DNA of 64,000 bases from assembly GCA_036867785.1 (NCBI GenBank), contig CP145417.1, forward strand, positions 1,054,001 to 1,118,000, written 5' to 3'. Of the stretch, positions 61,601-64,000 are shown in pieces. Under the pieces are notes generated by a model, which did not search any database, was not told where the DNA came from, and worked only from the letters and a program-made list of their open reading frames with translations. A program made the position numbers and the translations under genes. The number at the start of each line of letters is the position of its first letter. The first letter of the stretch is position 1. This stretch comes from Plasmodiophora brassicae. Its lineage: Eukaryota.

Positions 61601-62353
61601 TTGCCATTCGAACACAGACCTTCACGGGAAGCCCGTTCAGAGACTGAACGGTCAACGTCGCCCAGTCCTGGCCCTACTCGTGATCCGTTTTCGGGCAGGA
61701 GGAAAGAACCCTTGCCACAGGGGCCGATTGCGGAATACCTGTCACAGGAGAATGTCAGGGCAGCAATGACGCCCCAGCGCAACGCGCTGCGGAGCGAGAT
61801 GAAAACTCTGTGTGCCGCGTAGGTCAGGCATGGTTTGATATGACCTTATACAATCTGACGAAACCGTGGTTGTATAGCTATTACAGTGACGAGTATTTGC
61901 TGTCGATGGGCGGACAGAAGAAGCCCATCACGATGAAAAATTCACAACGATTTGAAGGACTGGCTGAGGCATCGCGATGATCTCAATGAAGAGGATGTCG
62001 ACCAGTACTCCTATAATCATACGAATCTTAGTAAGTGTGTATTTCCATGTAAACACCACTGTTTCTGAATGTGTCAACTGCTCGTAGTGATCAAAACTGA
62101 GATTGCGAGGCGCCGAGATGATCCGGAGATACGCCATCACCAAGAGGGATCTCAGGTGCGTCGGAAGAATCGAAAAGGCCCAATTGTGGCGCAGAATCCA
62201 GATTCAAAGAAATTCACGTTCATCGCGAACCTTTGCGACGAGCTGTGCGATGATGATGATGATGATGAGGATTACACCTGGGTGCACCCCGACCTCGTTA
62301 AGATGACGGCTCGTCATATAAAGCGCGCCAAGCAAGAGCTGAGGAATCGGTAA
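61601..62353 (+). CDS. Possible second (accessory) gene of the CACTA element, spliced or degenerate
   Basis: Coding-like plus-strand segments separated by GT-AG introns (gtaggt..gtatag, gtaagt..cgtag). No recognisable motif. Confidence 0.35.
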
Positions 62354-62440
62354 TACAGTTTCACGCTCCGGCGGTGTGCGACGCGTCGCAATGGATACGG
62401 GTTTCGTGCTTCGAATGCGCTACAAATTCGGTAGTAGAAG

Positions 62441-62866
62441 GGCTACAGCTGGGCTACATTAATGTAGCCGGTCTGTTACCGAACGGCTACATTTACGCTA
62501 CATTAATGTAGCGTAACTGTAGCCTTCCGGCTACATCCAGACTACAAGTGTTGTAGCTAAAATGTGTCCAATCGGCTACATCTCAGATACATTGAATGTA
62601 GCGTGTATGCGTCCGAAAGGCTACATTTGAGCTACATTAATGTAGCATGCACGTGCCCGGGGTGCTACATTTGAGCTACATTAATGTAGCATGTTTGTGG
62701 CCGAAAGGCTACAAACACGCTACATCGAATGTAGCACAAATGTAGCCAACACGCTACAAACGTGACGCAGGCATGTAGCACCTCTGTTGTCGGGCGGCTA
62801 CATGAATGTAGCGCCGATGCACCATTGCAAAACACCAAAATAATGTAGCACGCATGTAGCGAATCT
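62441..62866. repeat. CACTA subterminal repeat array (GCTACA/TGTAGC in both orientations)
   Basis: Many copies, including four palindromic GCTACATTAATGTAGC. Confidence 0.92.
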
Positions 62867-64000
62867 GCTGCCTGTGTTCACCCCAATTCCTTCGCGAAGT
62901 TGATTTCGTTCATTGGACACCTGACGCCCTGACTCGTCGACTGGAGTACAGACTGTCGCCTAATGATGAAGCAGTTCTTGCTAGGCCTCACCAAATGCTT
63001 CCACCCAGGCAAGCCCGCAGCCCGTTCCCGGTGCGGCTAGAAGGGGACTATTATGTCACGACTGAGTCGTGTTGGCGACTTAGCCGGCACCAAATTGGGC
63101 TCCTTCGTAGCGCACTAGGTACAATAAACGTCCACGGCGCGGACCGACCTCAGTCGGTCAATCCGTGTGGTTGACTCATCGTGTTCGGTCGTCACAGTTT
63201 GGACACCTACACGAAGCATCCAGGGCGGACTGAACACGGCCCCGCAATTCCAAGCAAGGATGGTGAACATCTTCGACGACCTGATGGATCGAATGATGGT
63301 CTGGATTGATGATCTGCTGGGATTCGCGAAGACGGAGGCCGAGCTTCTGGAACTGCTGGCCAACGTATTCGAACGGGCACGCGAAGTCGGACTGAAGTTC
63401 AACCCTACGAAATGCACGATCTTCGCCAGGGAGCTGGTCTGGTGCGGGAAGATCTACTCTGGCAACGGCATTCGACATGACCCGGAACGGATAGCCGCTC
63501 TGACAAGCATGCCGGAGCCGAAGACGGTTAAAGACCTGCAGCAACTGATGTGGGCGGTGGGATGGATGCGCACGACCATCCCGGACTACCCCTACATCAT
63601 CGAACCACTACAGGAGGTCGTTGGCCGGGCGAATGAGGAGCTGAAACGAACGAAGTCCAGTTCTTATGCTCATTGACGGTGGACGCGATGGGCTGGTCTG
63701 AACGACAACGAGAAGCATTCGAGAAGCTGCGGGCGGTGCTGGTCGAACACGTGCAACTGGCCTACCCCAAGAAGGATTTCCAGACCTGCCTCTTCACGGA
63801 CGCAAGCGAATTCGCATGGTCGGCGGTCGTGACTCAGATTCCAATGGAGGACATCGAATTGCCGATCAGTGAGCAACGACATGAACCGCTGGCGTTCCAC
63901 GGGAAACGCTTCGACAACACGCAGCTACGGTGGCCTATCATCGAGAAAGAGGCAGCGGCGATCGTCCAGGCGACTACGCGAGGCGATTTCTTGCTGTAAA

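Larger units (their letters stand above)
57123..62876 (-). mobile_element. CACTA/EnSpm (CMC superfamily) DNA transposon
   Basis: TIR CACAGGCAGCA...TGCTGCCTGTG and a 3-bp TSD TTC. The empty site is visible in LTR copy 1. Subterminal GCTACA repeats. Confidence 0.92.
54458..63196 (+). mobile_element. Non-autonomous LTR retroelement, copy 2 (Gag-PR-TM, no RT/RH/IN)
   Basis: LTRs at 54458-54599 and 63054-63196 (two differences by eye), TSD GTTTG, PPT agaagggg at 63039-63046. Confidence 0.97.
52285..64000 (+). mobile_element. Degenerate Ty3/Gypsy retrotransposon (gag-PR-RT-RH), split by a nested insertion at 54458-63196
   Basis: CFRCKGEHYVSDC knuckle, ALDS protease, WASPVLIVKK..YRLCVDLR, LDAFKG. 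Resumes at 63197 with TPTR..WIDDLL..KFNPTKC and FTDAS..EKEA. Several frameshifts. Confidence 0.95.

Noticed and set aside
62441-62866. Repeat-spacer array of palindromic GCTACATTAATGTAGC
   Set aside because: Spacing is irregular and orientation mixed next to a TIR, which is explained as CACTA subterminal repeats.

Overview
Eukaryotic, gene-dense, mostly GC-rich DNA with short GT-AG introns and CTGAC-type branch sites. The style suggests a plasmodiophorid or other rhizarian protist such as Plasmodiophora, but that is inference only. The left ~44 kb holds about 20 host genes: RAP-domain, tandem-PH, secreted M14 desuccinylase-like, Furry/Tao3-like, GRP94, a PH-adenylate cyclase fusion, PUB-A20-AN1, HMG-ARID, a HOY1-type homeobox, EEP, a fucosyltransferase, ALAD, sideroflexin and sestrin among others. 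Two intergenic islands (~4.0-6.6 kb and ~17.3-19.9 kb) consist of TE and gene fragments arranged as inverted repeats. The right ~19 kb is a nested transposon block with boundaries readable from the sequence. (i) A spliced tyrosine-recombinase gene lies between ~130-bp inverted repeats (45577-51770) with no RT or DDE transposase, and is interrupted by a young LTR element (TSD GGCGT). (ii) A degenerate Ty3/Gypsy element has its RT split by a second copy of that LTR family (TSD GTTTG), which itself contains a 5.75-kb CACTA/EnSpm-like DNA transposon (CACAG ends, TSD TTC). The small-LTR family encodes only Gag-protease-TM, lacks a tRNA primer site and shows a Tf1-like self-priming complementarity. 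Multi-exon gene coordinates are approximate spans read by eye.
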